From positions 1,424 through 58,642 of the forward strand of contig JAEUKO010000002.1 of NCBI GenBank assembly GCA_016794285.1: a stretch of DNA of 57,219 bases. The letters run 5' to 3'. The DNA comes from Alphaproteobacteria bacterium (GTDB taxonomy: Bacteria > Pseudomonadota > Alphaproteobacteria > Micavibrionales > Micavibrionaceae). The translations under genes were made by a program, and so were the position numbers. Under the pieces are notes generated by a model, which searched no databases, had not been told where the DNA came from, and saw only the letters and a list, made by a program, of their open reading frames with translations. Shown piece by piece: positions 47,263 through 57,219 of the stretch. Numbering within the stretch: the stretch's first letter is position 1; the number at the start of each line of letters is the position of its first letter.

Positions 47263-48279
47263 TCAAGAGCCGTGTGGCACGCCCCGTGTGGTCGAATATT
47301 CCATGTGGAGAGCAGTTGTCGGGTGAATTTGTCGGTAAATGGCATGAGCCACTTGGGCGGCTTCGGCAAAGCCGGTCAGAATAAGTTTAAGTTTATGGGG
47401 GTAACTGGCAATATCGCCACACGCATAAATGCCGGACAGGTTTGTGGCTCCTGTTCCCTGCTCTATGGTGATCTGGTGGTGGTCAAGGGCTAACCCCCAT
47501 TCGAGAATAGGTCCCAAATTCGAAGAAAGCCCAAAAAAGGCTAGCAGGCAATCTGCGCTAAGGGTTTGTGTTTGCCCATCTAGATTGGTTACTTGCACCG
47601 CGGTTAACTGGCCGTTTTGTCCTTCGATGCTGTGAAGTTGGTAGGGAACGACCAACTGAATCTTTTTGTGCGTGGCCAGTTGTTCAAGGTGGTGAATACT
47701 GGCCGGTGCGGCGCGGAATTTATCGCGCCGATGGACAAGGTAAATTGTTTCGGCGATATCGGATAGGGAAATTGCCCAATCAACGGCACTATCGCCACCG
47801 CCAGCAATAACGACTCGTTTTCCCGCAAAATCACTTTTGCGGCGAACGGAATAAAAAACCGACTGGCCTTCATAAGCTGCCAATCCATCCAAAGGAGGGC
47901 GTTGCGGTCCAAAAGACCCGCTTCCTCCGGCAATCACGACGGCTTTGGCAGTTAGCGTTAGACCGATTGAACTGGTGAGTTTCCAATTTCCAGAAACAAA
48001 TTCCAGACCAGTAATCTGTTGCCCAAGATGGTAAGTTGGTGCAAAGGGGGCGGCTTGGGCTTCAAGCTCGGCAATCAACTGGTGAGCTTCAATTTTGGGG
48101 TAGGCCGGAATGTCGTAAATGGGCTTTTCTGGATAGAGGGCTGTACATTGTCCGCCAATCTGGTCTAGTGAGTCGAAGACGTGACAAGACAGGCCAAGCA
48201 TTCCGCATTCAAACACGGTAAAAAGGCCCACAGGTCCGGCTCCGATAATCGCAACATCTGTTTGAAGCATCTGCGTCAT
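47263..48279 (-). CDS. thioredoxin-reductase-like ferredoxin--NADP(+) reductase
   Basis: DVAIIGAGPVGL, GGQ..ALYPEKPIYDIP, GGGDSAVDWA, ACGDIASYP. It lacks the CxxC redox motif of true TrxB. Confidence 0.82.
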   Translation of the reverse strand: MTQMLQTDVAIIGAGPVGLFTVFECGMLGLSCHVFDSLDQIGGQCTALYPEKPIYDIPAYPKIEAHQLIAELEAQAAPFAPTYHLGQQITGLEFVSGNWKLTSSIGLTLTAKAVVIAGGSGSFGPQRPPLDGLAAYEGQSVFYSVRRKSDFAGKRVVIAGGGDSAVDWAISLSDIAETIYLVHRRDKFRAAPASIHHLEQLATHKKIQLVVPYQLHSIEGQNGQLTAVQVTNLDGQTQTLSADCLLAFFGLSSNLGPILEWGLALDHHQITIEQGTGATNLSGIYACGDIASYPHKLKLILTGFAEAAQVAHAIYRQIHPTTALHMEYSTTRGVPHGS

Positions 48280-48339
48280 AGCTTTATAGATAAGGGAGAA
48301 GTTGTTTGAGGGAAAGACAGAAAATATGGAATTGACACA

Positions 48340-48792
48340 ATGATCCCGTTTGACGTTTTCGAGAGCTTATCAGAGGCAGATACAATTAAGCTGGCGGAAA
48401 TCTGCGCAGGAGACATTCAGTCTCACGATATTCTCCTGCTTGAAGGAGATTTGGGAAGTGGAAAATCTTTTTTTACACGGGCTTTGATTCGCAGTGTTCT
48501 GGAAGACCCGTCCTTGATGGTTCCAAGTCCGACGTTTACGTTGCTTCAAACCTACGAAGGACCGAAGGGCTCTGTCTTTCACTACGATCTTTATCGCTTG
48601 AAAGACCCGGAAGAAATATTCAATCTTGGTTGGGAAGAATCCTTAGCCGAAGGGGTGGTAATTGTTGAATGGCCAGATCGTTTGGGTCCTTATCGCCCTC
48701 ATAAATCTCTCGCTCTGAAATTTGAAAATCAAGCAGGGACAGAAGATGCCCGAAAAATTACGCTCACAGATACAAGGTCAAGAAAATCATGA
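48340..48792 (+). CDS. tsaE: tRNA t6A37 biosynthesis ATPase TsaE
   Basis: LLLEGDLGSGKSFFTRALI, PTFTL...Y......HYDLYRL. Confidence 0.9.
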   Translation: MIPFDVFESLSEADTIKLAEICAGDIQSHDILLLEGDLGSGKSFFTRALIRSVLEDPSLMVPSPTFTLLQTYEGPKGSVFHYDLYRLKDPEEIFNLGWEESLAEGVVIVEWPDRLGPYRPHKSLALKFENQAGTEDARKITLTDTRSRKS

Positions 48793-49505
48793 ATCCGCTC
48801 CCTACACAGGCTTTTGTTCTTGCGGCTGGATATGGAACGCGGATGAGGCCACTTACGGACACGCTTCCCAAACCTTTGGTAAAGTTGCAAGGACGGCCCT
48901 TGCTTGGTTACGTTTTAGACCATCTTAAAACCGTTGGCCTCTCACGTGTTGTCGTGAACTCACACCATCATGCCGATGTGTTACACAAGTTTCTTTCGTC
49001 TCGCTCTGATCTGGTTTTGGTTCCTTCTTATGAAGAAATTTTGCTGGAAACGGGCGGGGGAGTTAAGAAAGCTCTTTCCCTTCTTGGGGAAAACCCGTTC
49101 TATATGATTAACGGGGATGCATTCTGGACTGATGGTCCATCTGGCAATGTGCTTCTATCTTTGGCCAAAGTTTTTGATCCAAAAAAGATGGATGTTCTTC
49201 TGCTCCTCATTCCGCTGGAGCGGATGGTTTTGACGGAAGGTATCGGCGATTACGATTTATTGCCCGATGGGCGGTTGCGCCGTAGTCTCAACAAGAGCGG
49301 AAAATTTATGTTTACGGGGATTCGGATTTGTCACCCGCGTGCGCTGCGTGATACTCCCGAAGGCCCTTTTTCTTTCTTACAGGTGATGGATCGCGCCGAG
49401 CAGGAAGGAAGGCTGTTTGGTCTGGTCCACGATGGAGCTTGGCATCATATCAGTACACCACAAGACTTACAGAGAGTTGAAGAGGACGGAAACAAAACCT
49501 TATGA
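48789..49505 (+). CDS. nucleotidyltransferase family protein (MurU-like sugar-1-phosphate nucleotidyltransferase)
   Basis: FVLAAGYGTRMRPLTDTLPKPLV. Position between tsaE and addB is as in other alphaproteobacteria. Confidence 0.8.
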   Translation: MNPLPTQAFVLAAGYGTRMRPLTDTLPKPLVKLQGRPLLGYVLDHLKTVGLSRVVVNSHHHADVLHKFLSSRSDLVLVPSYEEILLETGGGVKKALSLLGENPFYMINGDAFWTDGPSGNVLLSLAKVFDPKKMDVLLLLIPLERMVLTEGIGDYDLLPDGRLRRSLNKSGKFMFTGIRICHPRALRDTPEGPFSFLQVMDRAEQEGRLFGLVHDGAWHHISTPQDLQRVEEDGNKTL

Positions 49506-52474
49506 CGCCCCTCTCGTACTCTCATGCGCTGTTTTCAATTTCTTCTGATCGCCCGTTCCTCAGAACGCTGGCCAAAGGAATTTTGCAAAACTGTACCGAC
49601 CAAGGCGAAAATCTGACAGATACGAGGATTTTTCTTCCAACACGGCGGTCTTGTCGGGCTCTGCGGGATACTTTTCTAGAAATTAGCAAAGGCCAACCCT
49701 TACTGCTGCCGCGAATGCAGCCAATTGGGGATATTGATGCCGACGAACTGGAAATTTCTCTGGCCGGATACGGCTTGCGAGACGCTTGGCAAGACATACC
49801 CGAATCTATCTCACCTATGGAGCGGCAATTTCTTTTGTCACGTTTGATTGCCAGCAAAGATCCTGACTTGTCCTATGACCAAAATTTGTCGCTTGCTGCC
49901 TCTTTGGCGCGTTTACTCGATCAAGTCCATACCGAAGATCTTGATTTTTCTGATCTACAGAAATTGGTTCCTGATAATTTGTCGGCGCATTGGCAGACGA
50001 CTCTCGAATTTCTTGAAATCATCACAAAGAATTGGCCGCGTATTCTGCAAGAACGAGGTCAAATTGACCCCGCTGACAGGCGTAATCGGCTGCTTAAGAA
50101 ACTAACGGAGTTTTGGAAAATTTCTCCGCCGACTACACCAATTATTGCCGCCGGATCAACTGGCTCCATTCCTTCAACAGCAGCGTTTCTTGAGGTTGTT
50201 TCAAGATTACCTAAAGGCGCGGTTATACTACCCGGATTGGACCAAAGCCTTGATGAAGAAAGCTGGGAGGCCATTGGCGACACACACCCTCAAGCAACCA
50301 TGAAAGCGTTGTTGGGAAGAATGGGTGCTCATCGGTCCGATGTGCGTATTTGGCCAGTGGATGGAGCCCAGACGGACTCTCCTTCTGCGCGCTTTCGCTT
50401 GGCGCAGGCGATGATGCGTCCGGCCAGCACGTTCCGCGCTGAAAAAGAACTTGGGCCAGATAGTGCAGATGCTTTGGTGGGACTCCAGATTATAGAAGCA
50501 AACTCCGCGCAAGAAGAAGCTACAGCCATTGCGGTTGCTCTCCGCGAAGTTCTTGAAACACCCGGGCAGACAGCGGCTTTGGTAACGCCTGATCGTGAAC
50601 TGGCACGGCGGGTTTCCTCGGCTTTGACCAGATGGGGACTCCATGTCGATGATAGTGCGGGAGCTTCTCTTGCCGCCTCTGCCAGCGGTCTGTTCCTGCA
50701 AAAAATAGGCAAAGTTATTGCCGATCACTTTGCACCAGTCCCCTTGCTTGATTTGCTTAAACACCCGTTAACGCGATTACCAGAGTCTGCGCCGTTGGTG
50801 GAGTTTGAAATATTTCTGACCAGAGGTCCCCGTCCAGCGCGAGGAATAGAAGGGCTAAAAGCTCGTTTGGAAGCCGGAGAAAAAATTCCGAAGAAGGAGG
50901 CTCTTAGCTGTTTTCTTGGATGGATAGAGGAATCATTTTCTCCAGCCAAAGATTTAACCCAAGAGAAGAAACCTTTTGGGGTGATGGGAGAGGCCCTCAT
51001 TAAAATTGCCGAAACCTTAGCGGTGGATAGCAAGACTCTCTGGTCACAACCAGAAAGTCCCACACTGTCCACATTTCTTGTGGATTTACAAACTTACGGT
51101 TCGCTCTTACCCGATGTCAGCGTTGAGGATTATATAAATATCTTAACCCACCTCCTGGAAGCGCAAACATTGAGACCTGTCGGGGGAGACGATTCGCGTC
51201 TGATTATCCTTGGCCAGCTTGAGGCTCGCCTCATTCAGGCGGATATGATGATTCTTAGTGGCTTGAATGAAGGAACATGGCCACAAGAGGCAGGTCATGA
51301 TCCGTGGATGTCTCGCCCTATGAAGCAAGACTTCGGACTTCCTCCTTCTGGCCGTAGTATTGGTCTATCGGCACATGATTTCTTTCAGGGGTTTTGCTCT
51401 CCACGAGTTCTCATTACACGGGCAACGCGTATAAAAGGGGTCCAAACTGTTCCATCAAGATGGTTGCAAAGGTTATCTGCGGTTCTGACAGCAGAAGGTC
51501 ATTCTCTCCAATGGGGAAATTCTCCCTATCTTGATTGGGCACGGGCTTTGGATATGCCTGTTGAAACATTTCCAGCCCTGAGGGCACCACAACCCTGCCC
51601 CCCTTTGGCAGCGCGCCCGCAAGAACTTTCTGCAACATGGATCGAAAAATGGGTTCGAAACCCCTACCATGTTTATGCCAGTAAAATTCTTCGTCTGCGC
51701 CGTCTTGAGGGGTTAGAAGAAGAGGCTTCCCTCGCTGACCGAGGGAGTTTTCTCCACACCGTCCTTGAAAAATTTGTCAGAACTTATCCAGAAAAGATGC
51801 CAGAGCAGGCCGAAGAAATTTTTATGGAGTTAGCCAAGGTTGAACTGTCAAAACTGGAAACGCTTTCTCCAGATTGGGTTTACTGGGAACCACGTCTGCC
51901 CCGCGTGGCGGAATGGTTTGTGTCTCAGGAAAGCTCTTGGCGAAAACAGGCGAGTCCGTGGTTAATTGAACAGCAAGGATCTCTCTCTCTTCCAGTCTCT
52001 TCGGAGCGTATTTTTACCCTAACAGCCAAGGCGGACCGGATTGATCGTTTGCGGGAGGGAGAAGCTGTGATTATTGACTATAAGACAGGGGCTATTCCTT
52101 CGCTCAAAGAGATTTGGGCGGGCCGTTCGCCACAACTTCCGCTAGAGGCTCTAATTCTCGAATCAGGCGGATTCGGTGAGAAAGCTTCGGTGAAAGATTT
52201 GTCTTATTGGCAAATTTCCGGCGGCGTTGAAGCGGGGAAAGCCGAGTTTTTAGAGGCAAGGAAGACTTTTGATGTCAGGCGATCTATTCGTGAAGCCGAA
52301 GAGGGATTTAAAAAACTTGTTATGGCGTTTGAAGACGAACAGACCCCTTACATTGCCAAGGTTCCACGAAAAGCCAATCTCTACGATGACGAAAAAGCCT
52401 ACGCCCATTTGGCAAGAACAACGGAGTGGAGTTCCCTCACCCTAGAAGATGAAGAAGAGGAGAAACAGGAATGA
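49502..52474 (+). CDS. addB: double-strand break repair protein AddB (alphaproteobacterial type)
   Basis: 990 aa with a C-terminal PD-(D/E)xK nuclease motif (AKADRIDRL...VIIDYKTG). Overlaps addA. Confidence 0.88.
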   Translation: MTPLSYSHALFSISSDRPFLRTLAKGILQNCTDQGENLTDTRIFLPTRRSCRALRDTFLEISKGQPLLLPRMQPIGDIDADELEISLAGYGLRDAWQDIPESISPMERQFLLSRLIASKDPDLSYDQNLSLAASLARLLDQVHTEDLDFSDLQKLVPDNLSAHWQTTLEFLEIITKNWPRILQERGQIDPADRRNRLLKKLTEFWKISPPTTPIIAAGSTGSIPSTAAFLEVVSRLPKGAVILPGLDQSLDEESWEAIGDTHPQATMKALLGRMGAHRSDVRIWPVDGAQTDSPSARFRLAQAMMRPASTFRAEKELGPDSADALVGLQIIEANSAQEEATAIAVALREVLETPGQTAALVTPDRELARRVSSALTRWGLHVDDSAGASLAASASGLFLQKIGKVIADHFAPVPLLDLLKHPLTRLPESAPLVEFEIFLTRGPRPARGIEGLKARLEAGEKIPKKEALSCFLGWIEESFSPAKDLTQEKKPFGVMGEALIKIAETLAVDSKTLWSQPESPTLSTFLVDLQTYGSLLPDVSVEDYINILTHLLEAQTLRPVGGDDSRLIILGQLEARLIQADMMILSGLNEGTWPQEAGHDPWMSRPMKQDFGLPPSGRSIGLSAHDFFQGFCSPRVLITRATRIKGVQTVPSRWLQRLSAVLTAEGHSLQWGNSPYLDWARALDMPVETFPALRAPQPCPPLAARPQELSATWIEKWVRNPYHVYASKILRLRRLEGLEEEASLADRGSFLHTVLEKFVRTYPEKMPEQAEEIFMELAKVELSKLETLSPDWVYWEPRLPRVAEWFVSQESSWRKQASPWLIEQQGSLSLPVSSERIFTLTAKADRIDRLREGEAVIIDYKTGAIPSLKEIWAGRSPQLPLEALILESGGFGEKASVKDLSYWQISGGVEAGKAEFLEARKTFDVRRSIREAEEGFKKLVMAFEDEQTPYIAKVPRKANLYDDEKAYAHLARTTEWSSLTLEDEEEEKQE

Positions 52475-55400
52475 GCTTATCTAACGCTGTTCTTCCTTAT
52501 CTTCCTGATGGCTCGCCAGACCCTAATCTTATTCAGCGACAAGCCGCAACACCAGAGCATATGGTCTGGGTAGGAGCCTCGGCGGGATCAGGGAAAACCA
52601 AAGTTTTAACAGATCGTGTTTTGCGTCTCCTTTTACCGGACCCTCAAGGACGTTGGTCGGGGGCGGCTCCTCACCGAATTTTATGCATTACCTTTACCAA
52701 AGCGGCCGCGGCGGAAATGGCACTACGCGTGGCCAAGCGGCTTGAAAATTGGGCGGTTTGCCCTGAAGAAAAACTGACAGCCGAGCTTGCGTCTTTGTTC
52801 GGGACACCCCCTTCTGTCGAAAGTCTTCGCGCCGCACGTCGTTTATTTTCTGAGGTTCTTGACGCTCCCGGGGGGCTCAACATCCTGACAATTCATTCAT
52901 TCTGTCAATCTATCTTGGGACGGTTCCCTCTTGAATCCCAAGTGACCCCGGGATTCTCTATTCTTGAAGACCAAGCGTCTCGTAGCTTGCTCAGCACTGT
53001 CATACGATCTTTCTTGATGGAAACAAATGCGCAGGTCAAGGAGCCTCTCGCTCGTCTGGCAATAGGTCATTCTTTGGACGATCTTGAGAAGAATATTCTG
53101 ACGGTTTTGGGACAGAGTCGCGAATTGTTAGAAATATGCTCTCCTTATGACGCGAACGAAGCGTTTTTGGCTCATATTCGTTCAGGCCTTGGTCTTGAAA
53201 ATGGAATAGACGATCAAACTCTTGTTTCAAATTTTCTCGAAAATCTGCCTGAAGCCAGTTTGCAAGCGGCTGTAGGCGTCTTCTGTGCAGGGAGCAAAAG
53301 CTATCAAACTATAGGAGATTCCCTGCGCGACTGGCTACGCTTACCTCTGAACCAACGGCCAGTATCTCTGACAGCATATAAACTCATCTTTCTTACGACA
53401 GAGAACACTGTCCGCAAGCTGAAAAATTTTGGTGAGGACCACCCTGAAATCTTAAGATTATGGGAGGCAGAAGGTCAACGATTCCTAGATTTTGAAGATA
53501 AGCGGCGCAGTTTGCGGATAGCCCAGAAAACATCTGATCTGTTATGGGTGTCTCATCAGATATTGACTGAGTATAATCGCCGCAAGAGGAAAATAAATGC
53601 TCTTGATTTTAACGATCTGATTATCAAGACGCGGGGTCTTCTTGAACAGACGGGGACGGAATGGGTTCATTACAAACTGGATGGTGGGATTGACCATATC
53701 TTGGTGGATGAAGCTCAAGATACCAATAGCGATCAATGGGCAATCATTAAAGCGTTGTGTCAGGAATTCTTCTCGGGGGTAGGACGAGATAGTTTTTCTC
53801 CCCGCAGCTTATTTGTCGTGGGGGATGAGAAACAGTCAATCTTTAGCTTTCACGGAGCAGATCCGGCTGGGTTTTCTAGGATGCGTCGCTTTTTCGAGGA
53901 CAAGTCGGTTGAGGCAGAGCGCATATTCAATTCACTTGGTTTGGATGTTTCTTTCCGTACATCTCCTCCTGTTTTGCAGGTCGTGGATCAAGTCTTCTCA
54001 AACCCAGCCTTACGGCAGAATTTAGGACTTTTACCGGAGACACCTCTGGTTCACTACGCCCACCGCTCGCGTGATGCGGGAGTGGTGGAGCTCTGGCCCG
54101 TTCGGGAAGAACCAAAGGCAGAAAAACAAGAAGGTTGGGAACTTCCCTTTGGCGAGACAGATAAACCAGCAATAGGCGGAACTTTGTCCCAGAGCGTGGC
54201 CATGATGATCTCTGGTTGGTTGCAAAGGAAAGAAATTCTAGAATCAAAAGGAAGACCGATTGAGGCTGGAGATGTTCTGGTTCTTGTCCAGAAGCGCGGT
54301 TCTTTTGTCATGGATTTGATCCGCCACTTGAAGCAGCTGCGCATTCCAGTAAGTGGCGTTGATCGCATGGTTTTGACGGATCATATTGCTGTTCAGGACT
54401 GCCTTGCTTTAGGTCGGTTTGCAAGGCTGCCCGAAGACGACTTGGTCTTGGCGTGCTTGTTAAAATCTCCCTTCATTCGTCTTGGAGAAGAGGAGTTGAT
54501 GAATCTGGCACTGGGACGCGGCGGGTCTTTATGGGAAGAGGTAAAGAAGAAACATCCTCCTATTGCCGACTGGTTGTCAGGTGTGATTCACCGCGCTGGT
54601 GTCCAGTTGCCGTTTGATTTTTTTGATGAGAGCTTAACGGCTCCGTGTCCAGCTGATCTGGAGGGAGGGTCAGGGTGGCGTGCCTTTGCAACCCATTTGG
54701 GACCAGATGCACTTGATCCGCTAGGCGAATTCTTAACACTTTGTTTACAAAGTGAAGGGGATGGAACGCGATCTTTAGAGCAATTTCTTGTCGATCAAGA
54801 CCGGAACACAACCGAAATTAAGCGAGAAATGGAAGAAGGCGGGGGACAAGTCCGGATTATGACGGTTCACGCATCAAAGGGGTTGGAAGCCCCGATTGTT
54901 ATTTTGCCGGACACAACGGCTACACCTTCCAGACAAAAGACGGAGAGACTATTCTGGCCGTCTAAATCTGGTTTAGCCGTTCCGATATGGGCCGCTCGCG
55001 CCGATGATGAAGCCCGCATTATTGTCAATCTTCGGGAAGACGCTTATCGGGAACGCTGCGCTGAGTATATTCGGTTGATGTATGTAGCCCTGACGCGGGC
55101 GCGGGACCGACTCTATCTGATGGGCAATAAAAAAGTATCCCCTCTGTCATGGTATACTCATTTACAGCAAGCTTTCGCGGTTTTGCCAAGTGTTCAGACC
55201 CTTGATTCCGGAGTCTTGCGGTTTCAGTCATCGCAATTGGGACCAGTCAAAACTGCAGAGAGTAGAGTAGAAGCCAGAGGACAAGTGTCTATCCCTTCAT
55301 GGCTTCGGTGTGAACCGCCACTCGAACCCACGCCTCCCCAGCCGTTGATGCCCTCGCGGCTTAGCGGGGCCGAGGAAGTCTATTCTCCGCTTGATAGGGG

Positions 55401-55896
55401 GGGTGATGGACGGTTTCAAAGGGGGGTGCTCACACACAAGCTTTTGCAATTTTTACCCGAGATTCCTTGTGAGACGTGGCAAATCGCGGGGGAAACCTTT
55501 CTCAGCCGAAATGCAAAAGACACGTCTGATTTCTTTAGACACAGCATTCTTAAGGAATGTCTTCGCATTCTGACCGACCCAGTCTTCGGCGAAATTTTTG
55601 GACCTCATTCTCTTGCTGAAGTTCCTTTGACAGGACTTCTTGGACATAACAGGATACTAAGCGGTCAAATCGATCGGCTTGTGATCTTACCTCACAAAAT
55701 ATTAATTGTTGATTTCAAAACCAACCGACCGTCCCCTCTTAATCCCTCGGATATTCCTGCGATTTACCTGCACCAAATGGCCTCTTATCGGGCTGCTATT
55801 GCACGCATTTACAGGGATAGAGAGATATTATGTGGTCTGTTATGGACGGATGAGCCCCGTCTCGTCTTTCTGGATAATTTGCCTAACCTTGCTTGA
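52471..55896 (+). CDS. addA: double-strand break repair helicase AddA
   Basis: UvrD-type helicase motifs (GASAGSGKT, VDEAQDT, TVHASKGLE) and a C-terminal nuclease (GQIDRLV...IVDFKTN). Confidence 0.93.
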   Translation: MSLSNAVLPYLPDGSPDPNLIQRQAATPEHMVWVGASAGSGKTKVLTDRVLRLLLPDPQGRWSGAAPHRILCITFTKAAAAEMALRVAKRLENWAVCPEEKLTAELASLFGTPPSVESLRAARRLFSEVLDAPGGLNILTIHSFCQSILGRFPLESQVTPGFSILEDQASRSLLSTVIRSFLMETNAQVKEPLARLAIGHSLDDLEKNILTVLGQSRELLEICSPYDANEAFLAHIRSGLGLENGIDDQTLVSNFLENLPEASLQAAVGVFCAGSKSYQTIGDSLRDWLRLPLNQRPVSLTAYKLIFLTTENTVRKLKNFGEDHPEILRLWEAEGQRFLDFEDKRRSLRIAQKTSDLLWVSHQILTEYNRRKRKINALDFNDLIIKTRGLLEQTGTEWVHYKLDGGIDHILVDEAQDTNSDQWAIIKALCQEFFSGVGRDSFSPRSLFVVGDEKQSIFSFHGADPAGFSRMRRFFEDKSVEAERIFNSLGLDVSFRTSPPVLQVVDQVFSNPALRQNLGLLPETPLVHYAHRSRDAGVVELWPVREEPKAEKQEGWELPFGETDKPAIGGTLSQSVAMMISGWLQRKEILESKGRPIEAGDVLVLVQKRGSFVMDLIRHLKQLRIPVSGVDRMVLTDHIAVQDCLALGRFARLPEDDLVLACLLKSPFIRLGEEELMNLALGRGGSLWEEVKKKHPPIADWLSGVIHRAGVQLPFDFFDESLTAPCPADLEGGSGWRAFATHLGPDALDPLGEFLTLCLQSEGDGTRSLEQFLVDQDRNTTEIKREMEEGGGQVRIMTVHASKGLEAPIVILPDTTATPSRQKTERLFWPSKSGLAVPIWAARADDEARIIVNLREDAYRERCAEYIRLMYVALTRARDRLYLMGNKKVSPLSWYTHLQQAFAVLPSVQTLDSGVLRFQSSQLGPVKTAESRVEARGQVSIPSWLRCEPPLEPTPPQPLMPSRLSGAEEVYSPLDRGGDGRFQRGVLTHKLLQFLPEIPCETWQIAGETFLSRNAKDTSDFFRHSILKECLRILTDPVFGEIFGPHSLAEVPLTGLLGHNRILSGQIDRLVILPHKILIVDFKTNRPSPLNPSDIPAIYLHQMASYRAAIARIYRDREILCGLLWTDEPRLVFLDNLPNLA

Positions 55897-55964
55897 TTTA
55901 TTTAGAACAAAGACGATAATTCTTTTTTAATTAATTGCGTTGATTCGAAAAAAAGGAGCCTTCC

Positions 55965-56288
55965 ATGTCCAACCACCATGTCAATGATCAGAATTTTGAA
56001 GCTGAAGTTTTGAAATCTACCCAGCCAGTCGTTGTAGATTTTTGGGCTGAGTGGTGTGGCCCATGCAAGATGATGTCTCCCTTGATTGACGAACTTTCTA
56101 CCGAGTTGGCAGGGCAAGTTAAGGTCGTCAAAATGAATATTGATGAAAGCACAAATACCCCTACAAAGTACGGAATCCGTGGCATACCGACCTTCATTGT
56201 TTTTAAGGAAGGGCAGGTTGTGGCAACCAAAGTAGGGGGGATGTCCAAAGGACAACTCTCTGACTGGGTGAAAACATCCATCGCATAA
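55965..56288 (+). CDS. trxA: thioredoxin
   Basis: 107 aa with WAEWCGPCK active site and GIRGIPT motif. Confidence 0.96.
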   Translation: MSNHHVNDQNFEAEVLKSTQPVVVDFWAEWCGPCKMMSPLIDELSTELAGQVKVVKMNIDESTNTPTKYGIRGIPTFIVFKEGQVVATKVGGMSKGQLSDWVKTSIA

Positions 56289-56447
56289 AACGGATTCTAA
56301 ACTTCTCTTTTAGACTCATATTCTGTTGCTTGTATGTTACAGCCCGTCTCTAAAATGAGTGGGATGAAAAACGTGTTTTGAATTTTTTCAAAAACGCGAT
56401 ACACTGTGCCGAATCGTGTTCTAACCTCAAACAGGAGAAATACAAAA

Positions 56448-56777
56448 ATGGCATTAGCAAAAAAAGCACCTGCAGCAAAGCCAGCTGCTAAACCAGCAGC
56501 TAAACCGGCTGCCGCTAAAAAACCAGTAGCAAAAAAACCAGCTGCTGTAAAAAAACCAACCGCAGCCAAACCAGCTGCAGCTAAAAAACCAACAGAAGAC
56601 AAACCAGCTGCTGCTAAAAAACCAGCCGCAGCCAAACCTGCTGCCGCTAAAAAACCAGCTGTAAAAAAACCAGCCGCAGCCAAACCTGCTGCCGCTAAAA
56701 AACCAGCTGTAAAAAAACCAGCCGCAGCTAAACCTGCTGCCGCTAAAAAACCAGTAGCTAAAAAGCCAGCTGCCTAA
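56448..56777 (+). CDS. histone H1-like Lys/Ala/Pro repeat protein
   Basis: 109 aa made almost entirely of AKKPAA/AAKPAA repeats. ATG at 56448 follows AGGAG. The minus-strand ORF 56297..56683 is a mirror artefact. Confidence 0.75.
   Translation: MALAKKAPAAKPAAKPAAKPAAAKKPVAKKPAAVKKPTAAKPAAAKKPTEDKPAAAKKPAAAKPAAAKKPAVKKPAAAKPAAAKKPAVKKPAAAKPAAAKKPVAKKPAA
56616..56759 (+). repeat. 3 x 48-bp in-frame tandem repeat inside the H1-like gene
   Basis: Units at 56616-56663 and 56664-56711 are identical. Unit 56712-56759 differs at a few positions. Each encodes KKPAAAKPAAAKKPAV. Confidence 0.85.
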
Positions 56778-56798
56778 TTAGCTGGTTTCTTGTAGAAC

Positions 56799-56829
56799 AA
56801 AAAAACCCTCTCAATTGAGAGGGTTTTTT
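56799..56829. terminator. bidirectional rho-independent terminator between H1-like gene and infC
   Basis: Perfect palindrome CCCTCTCAATTGAGAGGG (56806-56823) flanked by an A-run and a T-run. Confidence 0.85.
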
Positions 56830-56848
56830 ATATGTCGACTTCCAGAAT

Positions 56849-57219
56849 TTACTTAGGGACGGAAGAGCTAATAACCATCATAACCTGACGGCCTTCCATT
56901 TTGGGTTCTGCTTCAACTTTTCCTAATGTCCCAATGTCCTCAATCATTTTTTTGAGAAGGTCGAGCCCAAGTTTGGTATGGGAAAGTTCGCGTCCACGAA
57001 ATTTCAGAATGACTTTGACTTTGTCGCCGTCTTCAAGAAAGCGTTTAGCGTTCTTGAGTTTAACCTCGTAGTCATGATCTCCGATCATGGGACGAATTTG
57101 TATTTCCTTAATCTCGATTATTTTCTGATTTTTTCGGGCTTCGGCAGCTTTCTTTTGCTGTTCGTACCTATATTTACCGTAATCAAGTATTTTGCAAACG
57201 GGAGGATCTGCGTTCGGAG
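56849..57219 (-). CDS. infC: translation initiation factor IF-3 (C-terminal part; 5' end beyond window)
   Basis: The frame stays open to the window edge and reads ...[65 protein letters not shown]..., canonical IF-3. Confidence 0.93.
   Translation of the reverse strand, partial: PNADPPVCKILDYGKYRYEQQKKAAEARKNQKIIEIKEIQIRPMIGDHDYEVKLKNAKRFLEDGDKVKVILKFRGRELSHTKLGLDLLKKMIEDIGTLGKVEAEPKMEGRQVMMVISSSVPK

Noticed and set aside
56297-56683. 128-aa minus-strand Ala/Gly/Phe-rich ORF
   Set aside because: It is the mirror-image reading of the KKPAA repeat gene. The plus-strand frame has an RBS, a start codon and a terminator.

Overview
The window looks like a core chromosomal segment of an alphaproteobacterium with moderate to low GC. 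The taxon is an inference from synteny blocks typical of that class: NDUFA12-mlaD-DUF2155, mltA-Tim44-like-secB-dnaQ-coaE-aroE, tsaE-nucleotidyltransferase-addB-addA-trxA, and ahcY followed by a DivL-type kinase. I call about 55 protein genes: clpS/clpA, phasin, nrdA and nrdB (7 kb apart), pyk, hldE, tuf, pheS, rplT/rpmI, polA, addAB, trxA and a partial infC, among others. There are three tRNAs (Ala-GGC, Trp-CCA, Tyr-GUA) and several intrinsic terminators. I found no rRNA, CRISPR array, transposase, integrase or prophage genes. The main candidates for novelty are these. (1) At 14586..15542, one polypeptide joins a tandem MshEN-type c-di-GMP-binding motif pair, one TM helix and a LapG-like (BTLCP/C93) cysteine protease domain, which could be a one-component version of the LapD/LapG switch. 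(2) Two divergent paralogues of an unrecognised pilin-like family (8261..8938 + and 12339..13016 -) bracket nrdA in inverted orientation. (3) A response-regulator receiver is fused to a guanine-deaminase-like domain that has lost both zinc-binding cysteines (22504..23382). (4) A ~135-bp three-hairpin MITE-like repeat occurs twice in opposite orientation, with compensatory changes in one hairpin (25138..25273 and 33886..34017). (5) A ~145-nt long imperfect hairpin lies between the second pilin-like gene and the nrdA promoter. Other notes cover a DivL orthologue with Tyr at the phospho-acceptor position, a 109-aa histone-H1-like protein built from 48-bp tandem repeats, a phasin with a lysine-rich tail and TGC-N3-GCA operator-like sites, and a rearranged infC/rpmI-rplT/pheS neighbourhood. 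All family assignments come from reading motifs by eye. No database search was run.
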